Source: an uncultured Chloroflexia bacterium (GTDB lineage Bacteria > Chloroflexota > Limnocylindria > Limnocylindrales > CSP1-4). From it: 64,000 bases of DNA. The stretch's first letter is position 1; each line of letters begins with the position of its first letter. The notes under the pieces were generated by a model. That model searched no databases, had not been told where the DNA came from, and worked only from the letters and a program-made list of their open reading frames with translations. The position numbers were made by a program, and so were the translations under genes. The stretch spans positions 128,001-192,000 of the forward strand of contig CAVQJC010000004.1 in the NCBI GenBank assembly GCA_963712745.1, in the 5' to 3' direction. Below, one piece after another: positions 24,376 to 34,000 of this stretch.

Positions 24376-25422
24376 ATGCCTGAGGCCCGACCCGACTTCG
24401 CCGCCATCAACGGTTGGGACGCCCGATTCCCCCGCTTCAGCGAGGACGACCGGCCCACCTACCTGGGCTCGACGACCTTCGGGAAGCGACCGCTCATCGA
24501 GACCGCCGAGGGGCTGCGTGCGCGCGGGCCGGACGTCGCCGTCGTGGGCGCTCCATTCGACGACGCGGTCAGCCATCGCCCGGGTGCTCGCTTCGGGCCC
24601 CGCGCCATCCGGGCGGGGACCTACCAGGCTGGCGCCCAGTCGCTGCAACTGGACGTCGACGTCTGGGAGCGATTGGACGTGGTGGACGCCGGTGACGCCG
24701 ATATCGTGCCGGCCTGGCTCGACCGCGGGCACGCCGTGATCTTCGAGAAGGTCCTCGAGGTCGCCGCCAGTGGAGCGGTGCCCATCATCCTCGGTGGCGA
24801 CCACTCCATCACCTGGCCCGCTGCCAGCGCCGTGGCCCAGGTCCAGGCGCCACGCTCGATCGGCATCGTCCATTTCGACGCCCACGCCGACACGGCCGAA
24901 AGCTCGTGGGGTGTGCTGGCCGGGCACGGGACGCCCATGCGCCGGCTCATCGAGTCCGGGGCGGTGGCCGGGCACAACTTCGTCCAGGTCGGCCTGCGGG
25001 GCTACTGGCCGCCACGGGACGTCCTCGACTGGATGGCCGAGCAGGGCATGCGCTGGCACCTCATGCGGGAGATCGAGGAACGCGGCGCGGAGGCGGTCAT
25101 CGACGACGCCATCGCCGAGGCGCTCGACGGACCGGGACTCATCTACCTCTCGATCGACATAGATGTGCTCGACCCGGCCATGGCCCCCGGGACCGGCACG
25201 CCCGAGCCCGGTGGCCTGCTCACGCGCGAACTACTGCGCGCCGTTCGGCGCATCGTCGGCTCGGTGAGACTCGCGGGCATGGACATCGTGGAAGTGGCAC
25301 CCCCCTTCGACCACGCCGAGGTCACGGCCATGGCTGCCCATCGTGTGGCCATGGAGGCGCTGAGCGCGCTGGCCGTCCGGAAGCGGGCGGGACAGCCGGT
25401 GCGGTTCGGGCCCGCCGCATGA
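24376..25422 (+). CDS. Agmatinase/guanidinobutyrase (ureohydrolase family)
   Basis: GARFGP, GGDHSIT, HFDAHAD, HGTP, SIDIDVLDP..APGTGTPEPGG. Confidence 0.92.
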   Translation: MPEARPDFAAINGWDARFPRFSEDDRPTYLGSTTFGKRPLIETAEGLRARGPDVAVVGAPFDDAVSHRPGARFGPRAIRAGTYQAGAQSLQLDVDVWERLDVVDAGDADIVPAWLDRGHAVIFEKVLEVAASGAVPIILGGDHSITWPAASAVAQVQAPRSIGIVHFDAHADTAESSWGVLAGHGTPMRRLIESGAVAGHNFVQVGLRGYWPPRDVLDWMAEQGMRWHLMREIEERGAEAVIDDAIAEALDGPGLIYLSIDIDVLDPAMAPGTGTPEPGGLLTRELLRAVRRIVGSVRLAGMDIVEVAPPFDHAEVTAMAAHRVAMEALSALAVRKRAGQPVRFGPAA

Positions 25423-26213
25423 GCGCGGCCATCGGCGCGGCCGAGCGGGCAGAACGCCTGGCCCGCTACTACGACCTTGACTTCCTCGACATCTCCTACG
25501 ATGCCGAGCTCTACCAGCAGCTGACCCAGGAGGCCGGTGGACCGGTGCTCGAGCTAGGCACTGGCAGTGGGCGGTTGGCCATCCCGCTGGCGCTGGCAGG
25601 TCATGAGGTCGTGGGGGTCGATCTCGACCCAGCCATGCTCGCACGGGCCCGGGCGGCCTGGGCCGAGGCTCGCGGCCGTCTGGACCCCACCCGCTTCACC
25701 GCCGTCGAAGGCGACTTCATCAACCTTCGCACCGAGCCTCGTTTCGGGCTCACGCTCATCGCGGTCAACACCTTCCTGCTGGCCGAGGACGACGCGGCCC
25801 GCCTGGCCATCCTGACCACGATGCGCGAGTCGTTGCGGCCGGGAGGCCTGGCCGCCATCGAGGTCGGCACTCCAGACCAGGCTGAGCTGGCGCGCTATGA
25901 CCGCCGCCTCCAGCAGGAGTGGCTGCGCACCGACCCGGTCACCGGTGACGAGGTCACCAAGTCCATCAGCGCACGTCACGACCCGGAGGCAGGCACCATG
26001 GAGCTGACCCAGATCTACGAGTGGACACCGGCCCACGGCGGTCCGCTGTCGCGCGTGGTCAAGACCGATTTGCTCCATCTCATCAGCGCGGAACACCTCG
26101 CTGAGCTGGTCCAGGAGGCGGGCTTCGGGCAGGTCGACCTGTGGGGGGACCATCTGCTTACCCCCTATGGTGCCGGAAGTCACCGGGCCATCTGTGTCGC
26201 GCGATTGGTATAG
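25419..26213 (+). CDS. Class I SAM-dependent methyltransferase
   Basis: VLELGTGSGR, GVDLDPAML, LRPGG; ATGA overlap with upstream gene. Confidence 0.88.
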   Translation: MSAAIGAAERAERLARYYDLDFLDISYDAELYQQLTQEAGGPVLELGTGSGRLAIPLALAGHEVVGVDLDPAMLARARAAWAEARGRLDPTRFTAVEGDFINLRTEPRFGLTLIAVNTFLLAEDDAARLAILTTMRESLRPGGLAAIEVGTPDQAELARYDRRLQQEWLRTDPVTGDEVTKSISARHDPEAGTMELTQIYEWTPAHGGPLSRVVKTDLLHLISAEHLAELVQEAGFGQVDLWGDHLLTPYGAGSHRAICVARLV

Positions 26214-26220
26214 TCCCGCC

Positions 26221-27396
26221 GTGGCTACCGACGAACAGATCCGCCTGCTCCTCGTCGAAGACGTCCCGCAGGTGTCGCAATACGTACGCAACCTACTCCA
26301 GCACCAGAAGCAGGTTCGCCTGCTCGACACCGTCACCGACGGACGTCAGGTTATGGACCAGATCCGGGAACTCCGGCCGGACGCCCTGATGGTCGACGCC
26401 CTGCTGCAGGGCAAGGTCAACGGCCTCGAGGTGGCCGAGCAGGTACGCCAGGCGGGCATCCGCATCCCCATCATCATCGTCACCGTTCCCCAGAAGCCGG
26501 TGAAGGCCGGCGAAGGCATGGGCATCACCGAGGTGCTCTCGATGCCCTTCTCGGGCTACGAGCTGATGAACGCTCTCAGCCACTCGAGCGCACGCTACCG
26601 CGCGACCGCACCCAGCGCGATGTCCCGCTCGTATGTCGTCTACTCCGGCAAGGGCGGCGTCGGTCGTACCACCATCGCCTACAACCTGGCGGTCTCGTTC
26701 GGCCAGATGGCCGGCGTTCGCGTGGTGCTCATCGACGGCGATCTCCAATTCGGCGATCTGCGCGGTCTGTTGCGCGTGCCCGACACAGCACCCTCGATCC
26801 TGCAGCTGCCCACGGACCGCATCGCCGAGAGCGACCTCGCCTCGGTGCTCTGGCGCGATCCATCGGGCATCGACCTGCTGCTGGCACCCCCGCGCGTCGA
26901 ACAGGCGGAGATGATCACCGCACGCGACGTCGAGAAGGTCATCTCGCTGCTGCGTCGCATCTACAACGTCGTGGTCATCGACTCGCCACCGGCCATCACC
27001 GACACCACGCTGGCCTACCTCGACGATGCCGACAGCATCATCAGCGTCATCACGCCCGACCGCCAGTCCGTGCGCGCCGCGCGCCTGGCGGGCCAGTCGT
27101 TCATCGCCGCCGGCATGCCGCCGAACAAGATGATGCTGGTCATGAACCGAGCCGGCAGCCCGGGCATCAAGCCCGAACAGATGGGCGCCGAGCTCGGCCG
27201 GCTACCCGATGTCGCGATCCCCGACGACCAGCAGCTCATCAAGGCCACCACCGCGGAAGGTGTCCCATTCGTCCTGGCCCAGCCGAAGGCCAGGGCCAGC
27301 CAGGAGATCGTGGGCATGGTCCAGCGACTCACCGCACAGCCCGACCCGGCCGCCGTCGCCGCCGCGGCCGCTCCGTTGACCAAGTCACCCGGCTGA
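26221..27396 (+). CDS. Receiver domain + MinD/ParA ATPase (CpaE/TadZ-like)
   Basis: IRLLLVED...MVD receiver; SGKGGVGRTT, DGDLQFGD, VVIDSPP, MNR. Confidence 0.85.
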   Translation: MATDEQIRLLLVEDVPQVSQYVRNLLQHQKQVRLLDTVTDGRQVMDQIRELRPDALMVDALLQGKVNGLEVAEQVRQAGIRIPIIIVTVPQKPVKAGEGMGITEVLSMPFSGYELMNALSHSSARYRATAPSAMSRSYVVYSGKGGVGRTTIAYNLAVSFGQMAGVRVVLIDGDLQFGDLRGLLRVPDTAPSILQLPTDRIAESDLASVLWRDPSGIDLLLAPPRVEQAEMITARDVEKVISLLRRIYNVVVIDSPPAITDTTLAYLDDADSIISVITPDRQSVRAARLAGQSFIAAGMPPNKMMLVMNRAGSPGIKPEQMGAELGRLPDVAIPDDQQLIKATTAEGVPFVLAQPKARASQEIVGMVQRLTAQPDPAAVAAAAAPLTKSPG

Positions 27397-27401
27397 CCTC
27401 G

Positions 27402-28307
27402 ATGGGCGACCCTCGACCCATCGGCTTCTTCGATTCGGGGGTAGGCGGATTGACCGTCCTGCGTGAGGTCATCCGGCGCCTGCCCTCCGAGGACACGGTC
27501 TATCTCGGCGACAACGAGCGGACGCCCTACGGTCCGCGGCCCGACGACGAGGTGGTGCGCTTCAGCATCGAGTGCCTCGACGAGCTCGCCGAGCGCGACG
27601 TCAAGGCCATCATCGTCGCCTGCAACACTTCTTCGGCCGTGGCGCTTCCGGTGCTGCGGCGCCGCTATGCGCTGCCCATCCTGGGGGTGGTGCGACCCGG
27701 AGCCACGGCCGCGGCCCTGGCCACGCGGACACGCGCGGTCGGTGTCATCGCCACCCCAGCCACCGTCCGCTCTCATGCCTACTTCGAAGCTATCAAGGAG
27801 GAGGACCCATTCGTCGAGGTCTTCGAGCACTCGACACCGGAACTGGTGCCACTCGTCGAGAGCGGTCGGCTCGATGACGCGGTCGTGGAGGCCGCCATCC
27901 GCCGGTCGCTGGCGCCATTGCTGGGAGCAGAAGTCGGCGGCGATGACGCGCCGGACGCATCCCGAGAGGCTTCGTTCGTCTTCCCCAAGGCACCAGGTGC
28001 CCGCATCGACACGCTGCTGCTGGGCTGTACCCACTATCCGCTGCTGCGGCCGGCCATCCGCGAGATCGTGGGCGATGCCATCGCGGTCATCGACTCGGCC
28101 TCCGCCACGGCCAGTGCCCTGGCCAGCCTCATCGAGGTCCATGCCCTGGGCACGCCCGAGGTTTCGCCGGGTCGCCACCTGATGCTTACCACGGGCGATG
28201 TCGGGGCCTTCGAGGCGACCGCCACCAGGCTCTTCAGAGAAGCGCTCGGGCCGGTTGATGCCATCGTCCTTCGCGGCGCCCGTGACACGGTCGGAGGACC
28301 GGTGTGA
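27402..28307 (+). CDS. murI: Glutamate racemase
   Basis: FDSGVGGLTV, PYG, ACNTSS, LGCTHYP. Confidence 0.96.
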   Translation: MGDPRPIGFFDSGVGGLTVLREVIRRLPSEDTVYLGDNERTPYGPRPDDEVVRFSIECLDELAERDVKAIIVACNTSSAVALPVLRRRYALPILGVVRPGATAAALATRTRAVGVIATPATVRSHAYFEAIKEEDPFVEVFEHSTPELVPLVESGRLDDAVVEAAIRRSLAPLLGAEVGGDDAPDASREASFVFPKAPGARIDTLLLGCTHYPLLRPAIREIVGDAIAVIDSASATASALASLIEVHALGTPEVSPGRHLMLTTGDVGAFEATATRLFREALGPVDAIVLRGARDTVGGPV

Positions 28308-29509
28308 CCCTGGCCACTACCGCCAACCGTCTCCGCTCGAGCCGGGCCCTGCGGGTCGGTGTGGCCATCGGCCTGGGCGTGACCGCTCGTGCCATCGCGG
28401 GCCGTGCCGTGGCCGATCAGCCGCCCGGCCTCGTCGACTGGGCCAAGGCCGAGCGCATCGCACGCCGTCGACTCGACGCGGCGCCCGGGCGTCTTACCGC
28501 CGCCCAGCTGCGCGCGAGCGAGAGCGCCTATGCCCGTCACATGGACCGGGTCGTGCCCTTGCTCGAGCAACGGTTGGGCGCCGAGCTGCCGGGAGTCGTG
28601 GAACGCCACGCGGTCGTGAGCCGGGCGGGATGGGCGAGTGCCAACATGAAGACGTTCAAGGCGCTGGTCAGCCATCTGGAGCCAGTTCTCGCGCCGCGCC
28701 TGCCCGAAGGCAGTGTGCGCGCGGGCTTGGCGGCAGCCACGAACCGGCTGCTCACCACCGGCCAGGTCGGCTTCCTGCTGGGCTACCTCGGGTCCCGTGT
28801 CCTGGGCCAGTACGACGTAGCCCTGCTGTCGGCGGAGCAGGACCCGGGGCGTCTGCTGTACGTGGAGGAGAACATCCGGGCCACCGCGCGCCTGGTGGAC
28901 GTGCCGGTCGACGACTTCCGCCTGTGGGTGGCGCTGCACGAGACCACGCATGCCTTCGAGCTGGAGGCACACCCCTGGCTTCGGCCCTACCTGCGCGGAC
29001 GGTTGGAGCGGCAGGTCGCGCTCTTCGCTCAGGAAACCAGACGATTGCAGAACCATGGGCTCGCGCACCTGGCACGGCGCTGGCGCAGGGCGGCCCGACA
29101 GGGCTCGTGGCGCGGCCTGCTGGGACCGGAGCAGTTGAAGCTGGCCAAGGAGACGCAGCTGGTGATGAGCCTGATGGAGGGGTTCAGCGACTGGGTCATG
29201 GACGAGGTCGGCGCGGAGGTACTCCCCGACGTCACCGCCATCCGCCGCCGTTTCGAAGCCCGGCGCGGGCAACGACGGCGCACCCTGGACCGCATCATGG
29301 CCCGGCTCACCGGGATGGACATGAAGCTCGAGCAGTATCGTCGGGGCGAACGCTTCGTCGCGGGCGTCTATGGTGTCGGTGGGACTGCTGCCATCGATCA
29401 CCTGTGGGACGGACCTGAGACACTGCCGACCGAGCAGGAGATGGACGATCCGGCCCTCTGGGTGCGGCGCGTCCTGCCCGGCGCACTCGAACCAGGGGGA
29501 GGTACATGA
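28304..29509 (+). CDS. Zincin-like metalloprotease (F420-biosynthesis-associated hydrolase family)
   Basis: VLGQYD, LHETTH (HExxH), MSLMEG, K..QY..G. Confidence 0.85.
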   Translation: MTLATTANRLRSSRALRVGVAIGLGVTARAIAGRAVADQPPGLVDWAKAERIARRRLDAAPGRLTAAQLRASESAYARHMDRVVPLLEQRLGAELPGVVERHAVVSRAGWASANMKTFKALVSHLEPVLAPRLPEGSVRAGLAAATNRLLTTGQVGFLLGYLGSRVLGQYDVALLSAEQDPGRLLYVEENIRATARLVDVPVDDFRLWVALHETTHAFELEAHPWLRPYLRGRLERQVALFAQETRRLQNHGLAHLARRWRRAARQGSWRGLLGPEQLKLAKETQLVMSLMEGFSDWVMDEVGAEVLPDVTAIRRRFEARRGQRRRTLDRIMARLTGMDMKLEQYRRGERFVAGVYGVGGTAAIDHLWDGPETLPTEQEMDDPALWVRRVLPGALEPGGGT

Positions 29510-30525
29510 CCGAAGCCACTCGTCGCGGACGCGAGCCGGCTGCCATCGCACTCACGCCCATCCTCTCGGCGCGTTACCGCGAACAGGATCTCGCCCGCAT
29601 CAGGGCTGCTGCCCCCGGGGCTCGGCTGGTCGATGTCTCGCTCGAGGGCCTATCCGACAGCTCTCTCGACGATGTCGAGGTACTCCTGCGCGGGCCCATG
29701 CCCACGGCCACCTTCGACCGGCTCCTCGCACGTTGCCCGCAGCTGCGTTGGGTGCACTCGGCCACGGCCGGGGTCGAGCGCGTGCTGACGCCCGACGCGG
29801 CCGCTCGCGGGCTCATCATCACCAACGCCAGGGGCGTCTTCAGCGAGCCCATCGCTGAGTACACGATGATGATGATCCTGTCGGTGCTGCGCCGGTTGCC
29901 GGAGCTCATCGAGCTGCAGCAGGAGCGCACCTGGCAGCCCCTGCCGGCCCGAGAGATGCGGCAGGTCACGGTGGGCATCGTGGGCCTGGGATCGATCGGC
30001 CGCAACGTCGCCCGACTGGCCCTTGGCTTCGGGGCACGCGTCATCGGCACGCGCAAGGAGCCCGACCTGCGCAAGGACTTCACCGAGCCGATCCCCGACG
30101 GCCTCGACCGCATCCTCGACCATGAGCAGCTGCCCGAGCTCCTGGCCGAGTCCGACTTCGTTGTCCTGGCCGTGCCGCTCACCAGCGAGACCGACAAGCT
30201 CATGAACGGCCCGCGGCTGGGCATGATGAAGCCGGGCTCCTGGCTCATCAACATCGCCCGTGGCCAGCTCGTCGACCAGCGCGCGCTGCTGCGGGCGCTC
30301 CGTAGCGGACCCCTCGAAGGCGCCATCCTGGACACGATCTGGGAAGAGCCGCTGCCGCCGAGCTCGCCGCTCTGGGATGCCCCCGGCCTCATCATCACGC
30401 CGCACACCTCGTGGTCCAGCGGGCGCGTGCTCGACCGCAGCATCGAGCTCTTCTGTGACAACCTCGCGCGCTTCCGTGATGGGCGTGAGATGCTCAATCT
30501 CGTCGACCCCGAAGCAGGGTACTAG
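29506..30525 (+). CDS. D-2-hydroxyacid dehydrogenase family protein
   Basis: GLGSIG, PLT.ET, NIARG, EPLP..SPLW, TPH. Confidence 0.9.
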   Translation: MTEATRRGREPAAIALTPILSARYREQDLARIRAAAPGARLVDVSLEGLSDSSLDDVEVLLRGPMPTATFDRLLARCPQLRWVHSATAGVERVLTPDAAARGLIITNARGVFSEPIAEYTMMMILSVLRRLPELIELQQERTWQPLPAREMRQVTVGIVGLGSIGRNVARLALGFGARVIGTRKEPDLRKDFTEPIPDGLDRILDHEQLPELLAESDFVVLAVPLTSETDKLMNGPRLGMMKPGSWLINIARGQLVDQRALLRALRSGPLEGAILDTIWEEPLPPSSPLWDAPGLIITPHTSWSSGRVLDRSIELFCDNLARFRDGREMLNLVDPEAGY

Positions 30526-30527
30526 GC

Positions 30528-31628
30528 ATGCAGATCGCCATCGTCGGGCTGGCTCGGTCGGGCAAGACGACCGTCTTCAACTCACTCACCAGGGGCGATG
30601 CCGCGACCGGCGGCTTTGGCGGGCTCACCGTCAATACCGGCGTGGTCAAGGTGCCCGACGAGCGGCTGACCCGTCTGACCGAGCTCTTCAAGCCCAAGCG
30701 GGAGGTCCCCGCGGACGTCACCTACGTCGACCTGCCGGCATCGGCCACCAGCGCCGAGGGCGAGCCGCACGCTGACATCCCGGCCGATCAGCTGGCCCGC
30801 CTGCGCAACGCCGACGCCCTGCTGCACGTGGTGCGCGTCTTCGAGAGCGACGCCGTACCGCATCCACTGCTTTCCATCGACCCCGCTCGCGACGTGGAGC
30901 AGCTAGAGCTGGAGTTCACGCTCGCTGACCTCGGCGTCGTCGAGAAGCGACTCGAGAAGCTGCGGCAATCGGGCCGGCATGGCACAGCCGCTGAGCGCGA
31001 AGCCAACGAGCGTGAGCAGGTCGTGCTCGAGCGCATCCATCCGGCCCTGGCCGAAGGGCGCCCCATCCGGGACGTGGGCTTGACTGAGGACGAGGCCCTG
31101 CGCATCCGCGGTTTCCGCTTCCTGACCGAGAAGCCGGTGCTGGTGTTGCTCAACGTGGGCGAGGGCGACCTTGGACGGGCCGGGGCCCTGGCCGAGGAGT
31201 TGTCCGCATCGATCGAGCACGAGCAGACCGAGGTCGCTCACATGTCGGCCCAGATCGAGATGGAGATCGGGCAACTCGACGAGGAGGAGGCACAGGTCTT
31301 TCGCGACGACCTGGGGCTGGAAGACTCGAGCATGGAGCGCGTCATCCGCGCCAGCTATCACCTGCTCGGGCTCATCAGCTTCTTCACCGCCGGCGAGGAC
31401 GAGACCCGCGCCTGGACGGTCCGACGGGGAGCGACGGCGGTCGATGCAGCCGGGACCATCCACAGCGACCTCGCACGGGGCTTCATCCGGGCCGAGGTCA
31501 TCGGCTGGGAGCAACTGCTGGAGCTGGGGTCCATGAGCGAAGCCAAGCGCCAGGGCAAGCTGCGCTCGGAGGGCAAGACCTACGCGGTCCAGGATGGCGA
31601 CGTCATCGAGGTGCTCTTCAACGTCTAG
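30528..31628 (+). CDS. ychF: Redox-regulated ATPase YchF
   Basis: GKTT.FN.LT, VKVPDERL, FFTAG..E.RAW, IHSD..RGFIRAE, EGK.Y.V.DGD. Confidence 0.93.
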   Translation: MQIAIVGLARSGKTTVFNSLTRGDAATGGFGGLTVNTGVVKVPDERLTRLTELFKPKREVPADVTYVDLPASATSAEGEPHADIPADQLARLRNADALLHVVRVFESDAVPHPLLSIDPARDVEQLELEFTLADLGVVEKRLEKLRQSGRHGTAAEREANEREQVVLERIHPALAEGRPIRDVGLTEDEALRIRGFRFLTEKPVLVLLNVGEGDLGRAGALAEELSASIEHEQTEVAHMSAQIEMEIGQLDEEEAQVFRDDLGLEDSSMERVIRASYHLLGLISFFTAGEDETRAWTVRRGATAVDAAGTIHSDLARGFIRAEVIGWEQLLELGSMSEAKRQGKLRSEGKTYAVQDGDVIEVLFNV

Positions 31629-31790
31629 GCGCAGCGCTCGTGCGTGGACGTCCGCTCAAGCACGATGGGGCCTGTATGCGGGTCCTGAGGACGGTGGCAC
31701 AAGGTGCCAGGTAGAGTGCCAGCCGGCCTGGCAGGGTACGACGTAGCGGGTAGCGGCTCCTGCCCAAGAAGCGAGCGGGGCCGCTCCAAA

Positions 31791-31824
31791 GGGCCCGTCC
31801 CGCGAGGGGCGGGCCCCTTCTCTT
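31791..31824 (+). terminator. Rho-independent terminator-like hairpin
   Basis: GGGCCCGTCCC-GCGA-GGGGCGGGCCC followed by CTTCTCTT. Confidence 0.65.
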
Positions 31825-31945
31825 GGGCTTGGCTAGACAACGCATACCACCACGCTGTACATTTACCTCTCACGGTCGCGCCCTGCGGTGGTCGCCGCAG
31901 CCCATCGGTGACGACCATCTGGGGGCAGAGGAACAGGCTTTGGTA

Positions 31946-32188
31946 ATGACGGCTCAGGATGCACTGAACACCCAGGATGGGCGTGACGGCCACGCGATGA
32001 TTCGACTCCGCGAGGCGGTGCCCACCGGCTGGACCATCGACGCACAGGGCCCCATCACCTATCGGTATGGCGTGGTCGACTGGGAGGTGGAGGTGTGCGA
32101 CCCAAGCCATGCTCACTGTGATCGTGCCAGCGGGTCCTCGTTGGCCGACGCCGCGAATCGGTGCCGGGAGGCCCTGGGCACGCGCTGA
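31946..32188 (+). CDS. Small hypothetical protein (80 aa)
   Basis: Upstream TAGACA-18-TACATT promoter-like element and GAGGA; protein-like composition. Confidence 0.55.
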   Translation: MTAQDALNTQDGRDGHAMIRLREAVPTGWTIDAQGPITYRYGVVDWEVEVCDPSHAHCDRASGSSLADAANRCREALGTR

Positions 32189-32476
32189 TCGCCGCTGATG
32201 GCGCCTAGTTTGGCCGACGGGATGGCCCCCGAGAAGCATGGACCAAGCTAGCCGCGGGCCCTCGAGATCCCGACCCCAGCTCGACCGCGGTACCGATGCG
32301 GTCCCCTGCGGGCTGTCGGCCGGGCATCCGGCGGCGCATGCTCTGCGTCGTTATGGCCCGGTGGCCTGGCCGGGGCGCCCTCCGAGATCCGGGTAGCCAG
32401 CGAGTAGATAGACGCCCGAGGTCATCCTCTTGGACGCGCAGCACCTCGACCGGACCCCCTAGGCACAGCTCCGTTC

Positions 32477-32905
32477 CTAGTCGTCGAGCCGGTCGTCCTT
32501 CACGCGGGTGCCGTCGGGCACGCCCCAGACCGCATCATCGGGCTCGACGTCGACGACCATCGTGCGGAAATCGTCGCGTCGGCCACCGAGACGACCGGCC
32601 TCTTCGACATCGGACACGAACGTGCCGTCCTCATCCGCGGAGACGTTCACCGCCACCCGCAGCTGGGAATCGTCGATGATGAGGAACCCGGCCTTCTCGG
32701 CGAGATCGGCCGCCACGGCTTCGATGAGCGAATCCTCGCGGAAGTCGTCGATGATCCGTTTGCGGGTGTCGAGCACGAGCTCGAGGAACTCGGTCTCGTC
32801 GAACTCGGTCCGATGGGCCAGCAGGACGTCGGCGAACAGGTCGGTGTCGCTCTCGTGGAGCTCGTAGAAGTAGTAGGGGGGTGCATCCCCGTCGCGCGCA
32901 GTCAC
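32477..32905 (-). CDS. Acidic hypothetical protein (142 aa)
   Basis: TATACT 7 nt upstream of GTG; strong GC3 bias; YYFYELHE...LLAH..EF. Confidence 0.75.
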   Translation of the reverse strand: MTARDGDAPPYYFYELHESDTDLFADVLLAHRTEFDETEFLELVLDTRKRIIDDFREDSLIEAVAADLAEKAGFLIIDDSQLRVAVNVSADEDGTFVSDVEEAGRLGGRRDDFRTMVVDVEPDDAVWGVPDGTRVKDDRLDD

Positions 32906-32979
32906 GAGTCCGAGTATAGGCTTCTCTCTCACGTGCCCGGCCGAAGGGACCGGTCGGAGCGGAGCGGGAGTGAGGCTGC

Positions 32980-33873
32980 ATGCAGGCACCTGACGTGGTC
33001 ATCGTGGGCGCGGCCACGCGCGACATCGTTGATGCCGATCCGCGAGGCTGGATGCTCGGCGGGGGCGTGACCTTCGGGGCGCTGGCGCTCGCACGGCTGG
33101 GGCTGCGCACCGGCGTCGTACTGGGACTTGACAAGGAGGCGGCCACGGCCCCGGAACTCGAGCTCATTCGAGGTGCGGGAGCGGAGGTCGTGCAGGTGCC
33201 ACTTGCGAGTGGGCCGATCTTCACCAACATCGAGACGCTCGCCGGACGTATCCAACTCTACGACTCCCACTGCGACCCGATCCCCGTGGCCAACCTCCCC
33301 GACGAGTGGCGCGACGCCAAGGCCTGGGTCTTCGCCCCCATCGCCTCCGAGCTGCCCGAAGCCTGGGCCGCGGTCCCCCCGCTCGACAGCTGCGTCGCGT
33401 TCGCCTGGCAGGGCATCCTGCGCAAGCTCGTGCCTGGCGAGCAGGTGCGCCCCAAGATGCCCGGCCCGTCGCCGTTCCTCGCACGCGCCGACATCGTCGC
33501 CTTCAGCCGCCACGATGTCCCGAGCGATCTGCCCATCCGAGATATCGGCGCCTGGGTCGGCGACGATTGCGACGTGCTTCTCACCGCTGGTCTCCTCGGG
33601 GGCATACTCATGCGCTTCCGGGATGGCCGCATCATCGCGGCCCGGGCCTATCCCAGCGTGCCCTCGGAGCGCGAGATCGACCCGACCGGAGCTGGCGACA
33701 CGATGCTCGCCGGCCTGGTGGCCGCCCGCCTCGTAGCCGGCGACGAGGCTCGGCTCCTGGGCCGGGACATCTACGTCGGAGCCACCGCCTCCAGCCTGCT
33801 CGTGGAGGGCCCGGGCATGAACTCGGTACCCACGTTCGGGCAGTTGTTCGCCCGTATCAGCGGCCGGCCGTGA
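32980..33873 (+). CDS. PfkB-family carbohydrate kinase
   Basis: N-terminal GGG...ARLG, C-terminal DPTGAGD signature. Confidence 0.85.
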   Translation: MQAPDVVIVGAATRDIVDADPRGWMLGGGVTFGALALARLGLRTGVVLGLDKEAATAPELELIRGAGAEVVQVPLASGPIFTNIETLAGRIQLYDSHCDPIPVANLPDEWRDAKAWVFAPIASELPEAWAAVPPLDSCVAFAWQGILRKLVPGEQVRPKMPGPSPFLARADIVAFSRHDVPSDLPIRDIGAWVGDDCDVLLTAGLLGGILMRFRDGRIIAARAYPSVPSEREIDPTGAGDTMLAGLVAARLVAGDEARLLGRDIYVGATASSLLVEGPGMNSVPTFGQLFARISGRP

Positions 33874-34000
33874 ACCCGCAACGCCGTGGGCCGGCATGCC
33901 ATGGGCACGGTATTTGAACGGGTTCCACCGATGCGTATCATGGGCACGATCGCCGGTCGGAGGCGGTCGGCACCGGCAGCACCACCGGGAGGCAACACTC

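Noticed and set aside
24170-24383. Guanidine riboswitch or uORF (MDLTDA) before the ureohydrolase
   Set aside because: No paired ACGR hairpins or ykkC consensus seen; the short out-of-frame ORF is likely chance
33915-33928. Second LacI operator or LexA box (TTGAACGGGTTCCA)
   Set aside because: Spacing wrong for LexA and two mismatches to the LacI consensus; too weak
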